From contig CATNEN010000002.1 of the NCBI GenBank assembly GCA_950097015.1, forward strand, positions 6,758,001 through 6,822,000: a stretch of DNA of 64,000 bases, in the 5' to 3' direction. The notes beneath the pieces were generated by a model. That model was not told where the DNA came from and searched no databases. It was given only the letters and a program-made list of their open reading frames with translations. Shown here piece by piece: positions 61,801 to 64,000 of this stretch (position 1 is its first letter; the number at the start of each line of letters is the position of its first letter). The position numbers were made by a program, and so were the translations under genes. The stretch comes from Macrostomum hystrix. Taxonomy: Eukaryota; Animalia; Platyhelminthes.

Positions 61801-62945
61801 AAGGTGAACAACGGAAGCTGAACGCCGTCGAACTCGACCCTGGCATCGATCTCGCCGGCGACGCTGATACTGGAGCCGTTGTAGGAAAGCAGCTTCTTGT
61901 CGCACGGGCGCAGAGGAATTTTAGATCCGAAGATTTTGCGGCTTGTCTCCATGCTGAGGATGGAGACTTTGGCGGCTGTGTCCACCAGTAACGGGATGCT
62001 GTGACCATTGATTCTTATGCTGGCCCTCTTGTATTGGCCTTTGTGGCTCGACCCGACAGCGAAGATACTCTGCTGTCTGGAGCTGTCTATCTCGACGCCT
62101 TGAATATTCTTTTGGCCTGAGGTCGGTGCCGTCGTGCTGCTCTTGCACACCTTGGCGAAGTGGTTGAGCCTCCCGCACTTCGTGCACGCCTTGCCTCGTG
62201 CCGCACAGCGCGGATCACTGCCTGTGCGGTGGCCTCGCTGGCCGCAGTGCGAGCAGCAGAACTGGTTCTGCTGACCCGTCTGGCGCTGCTTGGCGTCGTA
62301 GGAAGCTCTCTTAAAGTTGATCTTCTTGATGCTGTCGTCGGCTGCTGTCTTGCCAGTCAGCGACTTCTCACTGTGGACCGCCATTTCCACCTGGGCTGCA
62401 ATTTGGATTGCCCCGCCCAGCGTGAGCTCCTTCTCAAGTAGGAGTCTTTCGCGCACCTTTGAGGACGAGGTGCCAAAGATCAGCTGGTCCAGGATGAGGT
62501 CGTCATGGAGGACTCCAAACTGGCAGTCCTTGGCGGCATGGCGCAGATTTGCCACAAAGGCTTGCACGCCTTCGGCGCTTCGCTGGACGCACTTCCGGAA
62601 TTCGTGCCTCTTGGCATACACGCTCACTGCTGGCTGGAAGTGCTGCTTCAGGAGATCGCATGCCGCTGCTAGTGTTGTCGGAGCCGTTTCCTGGTCAGCC
62701 GAGAGAGTCCGGTAGATTCGTACTCCTTCGCGCCCAAGGCAGTGGGTGAGCAGCGCAATCTTCCTGGCTTCTTGCAGGCTATCGATTCCGGATGCTAGCA
62801 GGTAGGTGTCAAACTCAGCGGCCCAGATTTCCCACGAAACTGCAGGTGTTCCTGGGTTGTCCAGAAATGGTGGAGGTTCTCTGAGGTTCAGGCGTAGTGC
62901 TGGCGCTGTGGCATTCTCAGTGCTACCCATTTCCGATTGGCTCAA
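58887..62945 (-). CDS. Gag-Pol polyprotein (Gag with two CCHC knuckles, protease, RT, RNase H, H2C2 zinc finger, integrase)
   Basis: CSHCGQRGH..C..CTKCGRLNHFAKVC; LLVDTAA; RLCVDLR; YQDD; DSSD..LGA; HQGHLG..C..C; integrase D (QVDIVG), D (TDNGPQF), E (GVERFN). Domain order PR-RT-RH-IN is Ty3/Gypsy. Confidence 0.97.
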   Translation of the reverse strand: MSQSEMGSTENATAPALRLNLREPPPFLDNPGTPAVSWEIWAAEFDTYLLASGIDSLQEARKIALLTHCLGREGVRIYRTLSADQETAPTTLAAACDLLKQHFQPAVSVYAKRHEFRKCVQRSAEGVQAFVANLRHAAKDCQFGVLHDDLILDQLIFGTSSSKVRERLLLEKELTLGGAIQIAAQVEMAVHSEKSLTGKTAADDSIKKINFKRASYDAKQRQTGQQNQFCCSHCGQRGHRTGSDPRCAARGKACTKCGRLNHFAKVCKSSTTAPTSGQKNIQGVEIDSSRQQSIFAVGSSHKGQYKRASIRINGHSIPLLVDTAAKVSILSMETSRKIFGSKIPLRPCDKKLLSYNGSSISVAGEIDARVEFDGVQLPLFTFTIVMDGDDLMGIDLMDKLDCKVLGPSGHQIFTISSGNEASGMPPMPDWIPAKYHTLGTGLGEIKGFCHRPRVDPTVPPVAQRMRRLPLALRQECAAEIHRWKEEGIIERAEGDVPDWQSNVTCARKSDGKLRLCVDLRSVNKAIVPDSMSLPTFADLVTEFSNSKWFSRIDLNQSYLQLPLHEDAKNLTCFHTESGLYRFKRMPFGISSAPAAFQKVVGKILEGIDGVMHYQDDIAVHAATEAEHDKRLFRVLDKLLHHRVTINLKKCVFKVPEIQFVGHRISATGIQPLQPHAESVEQLKAPTNASELASFLGFAKFLQFYIKNLSHVAEPLTALLRKDVPWNWDKKCEAAFSEVKRLISSAPCLKFFDQSHETVVSCDSSDVALGATLGQIDERGQLRPVAFASRALSDTERRYSATEKEALACVWSCEHWHLLLYGRKFKLLTDHQALTTLLSARGSGQRPLRLQRWCERLFVYDFDIEYVPGKLNVQPDFLSRYGYDRKKIDQESIDQRQTESDINLVLARSSEPISVAQLAEATASDDQLQRVVQFVLNGWPTETPSDLKGFHQVQHELCLWNDGRCLARGSRAVIPASLRDLVLTEAHQGHLGVAKVKARCRETVWWPRIDSDVETFVRNCSACILSEKAFKPIKVPWSTTELPAGPWRQLQVDIVGELPATEAPNSHRFLIVVHDLYSKWPEIIASSSVTSTACIEALRSLFVRWGLPDEITTDNGPQFVSSEFTDFLSSLGIKHRRTPFYCPQQNGGVERFNGFIKSSLRALLADGVAMKQAVQELLLAYRSAEHALTKKTPAEMMLGRKLRLHLDRLQPAEPESAPSQALRRTVQEQQQRAESRRKPSKQNQQPRSAALTVGSRVRVRRPKKSKLGSGISEPMTVVGRNGNTLTLTDGSRWHISRCIPDNRRGWCDDDGDGELPPQPAGAPTSPAPPMPPLRRSERHRAAPQRFGSVVTHD

Positions 62946-63056
62946 CTGGCTGACTTGCAGTTGTGAGTGCCGTATGAGTGCGAAAGTCGCTTAGTGGGCC
63001 TGGCTGCCGTGAGTTGATTGGCTGGACTGCGCTGGTTTGGGGGGTTTGCTCTAACC

Positions 63057-63072
63057 CCTGCTTGCGACGCCA
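63057..63072 (-). promoter_or_regulatory. Primer-binding site TGGCGTCGCAAGCAGG
   Basis: Begins 1 nt inside the 5' LTR boundary; TGG is complementary to tRNA CCA. Confidence 0.8.
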
Positions 63073-63073
63073 G

Positions 63074-63241
63074 TGTTGTGGCTGCTAGCCAAATAAGCGA
63101 GGCGAGGCCAAGTCCAGTTAACCAAGGGTGAGGGTGCTCTCTCGCGTAGCGAGAGCCGTGTATATATATTATTGAACCTCACATGTACATTGATTACATA
63201 AGTACACTATGAGCAAATGTGCACATAGGTCATTCACAACA
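63074..63241 (-). repeat. 5' LTR (168 bp)
   Basis: Identical to 58589-58756. Confidence 0.97.
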
Positions 63242-63246
63242 CTGAG

Positions 63247-63945
63247 ATCTTGGGATCTGAGAACATGGGATCTGAAAACATGGGATCTGAAAATTTGAGA
63301 TCTGAGATCTTGGGATCTGAGATCTTGGGATCTGAGATCTTGGGATCTGAGATCTTGGGATCTGAGATCTTGGGATCTGAGATCTTGGGATCTGAGATCT
63401 TGGGATCTGAGATCTTGAGATCTGAGATCTTGGGATCTGAAAATTTGAGATCTGAGATCTTGGGATCTGAGATCTTGGGATCTGAGATCTTGGGATCTGA
63501 GATCTTGGGATCTGAGATCTTGGGATCTGAGATCTTGGGATCTGAGATCTTGGGATCTGAGATCTTGGGATCTGAGATCTTGGGATCTGAGATCTTGGGA
63601 TCTGAGATCTTGGGATCTGAGATCTTGGGATCTGAGATCTTGGGATCTGAGATCTTGGGATCTGAGATCTTGGGATCTGAGATCTTGGGATCTGAGATCT
63701 TGGGATCTGAGATCTTGGGATCTGAGATCTTGGGATCTGAGATCTTGGGATCTGAGATCTTGGGATCTGAGATCTTGGGATCTGAGATCTTGGGATCTGA
63801 GATCTTGGGATCTGAGATCTTGGGATCTGAGATCTTGGGATCTGAGATCTTGGGATCTGAGATCTTGGGATCTGAGATCTTGGGATCTGAGATCTTGGGA
63901 TCTGAGATCTTGGGATCTGAGATCTTGGGATCTGAGATCTTGGGG
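63247..63945. repeat. 15-bp minisatellite (GGGATCTGAGATCTT)n, right of the LTR element, highly homogeneous
   Basis: Direct reading; over 40 near-perfect copies. Confidence 0.97.
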
Positions 63946-64000
63946 ATTATAATATTCGGGATCTAGAGCACTTTTCAAGCTATTCAGATAACAAGATCTT

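Larger units (their letters stand above)
58589..63241 (-). mobile_element. Complete Ty3/Gypsy LTR retrotransposon (Mag-like), 4653 bp, 5-bp TSD CTGAG
   Basis: Identical 168-bp TG...CA LTRs, PBS, PPT and a single intact gag-pol ORF; CTGAG at 58584-58588 and 63242-63246. Confidence 0.97.

Noticed and set aside
59096-62994. Numerous short ORFs overlapping the Gypsy pol gene on both strands
   Set aside because: Shadow ORFs of a GC-rich coding sequence; no independent motifs.

Overview
Eukaryotic (metazoan) genomic DNA: short GC-rich exons separated by AT-rich introns and spacers holding about 30 mini/microsatellite arrays. The style suggests a flatworm such as Macrostomum (inference only). Most long ORFs in the supplied track are tandem-repeat artefacts; the real genes are spliced and were assembled by hand. 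(1) A tandem cluster of three 3-exon insulin-like peptide genes on the minus strand (5321-5836, 8114-9081, 10224-10757), essentially missed by the ORF track; each has 8 Cys in the predicted mature chains and a CCC-x-W-C-x8-C A chain. (2) An intact Ngaro-type tyrosine recombinase ORF with a 68-bp direct repeat pair downstream but no gag/RT/RNase H (about 11477-12957, minus). (3) An 8-exon, about 1050-codon Na+/K+-ATPase alpha-like gene (16669 to about 30435, minus) with an uninterrupted frame but substituted catalytic motifs (DKTGT>GKTGV, TGES>TGPS, GDGVND>GGDVAD), i.e. a probable pseudo-pump. (4) The first two coding exons of a nicotinic acetylcholine receptor-type subunit (47348-47432, 57729-57922, plus). 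(5) A complete, very young Ty3/Gypsy (Mag-like) LTR retrotransposon (58589-63241, minus) inserted into an intronic minisatellite of that gene. Also present: tRNA-derived SINE-like copies and a Tc1/IS630-like relic.
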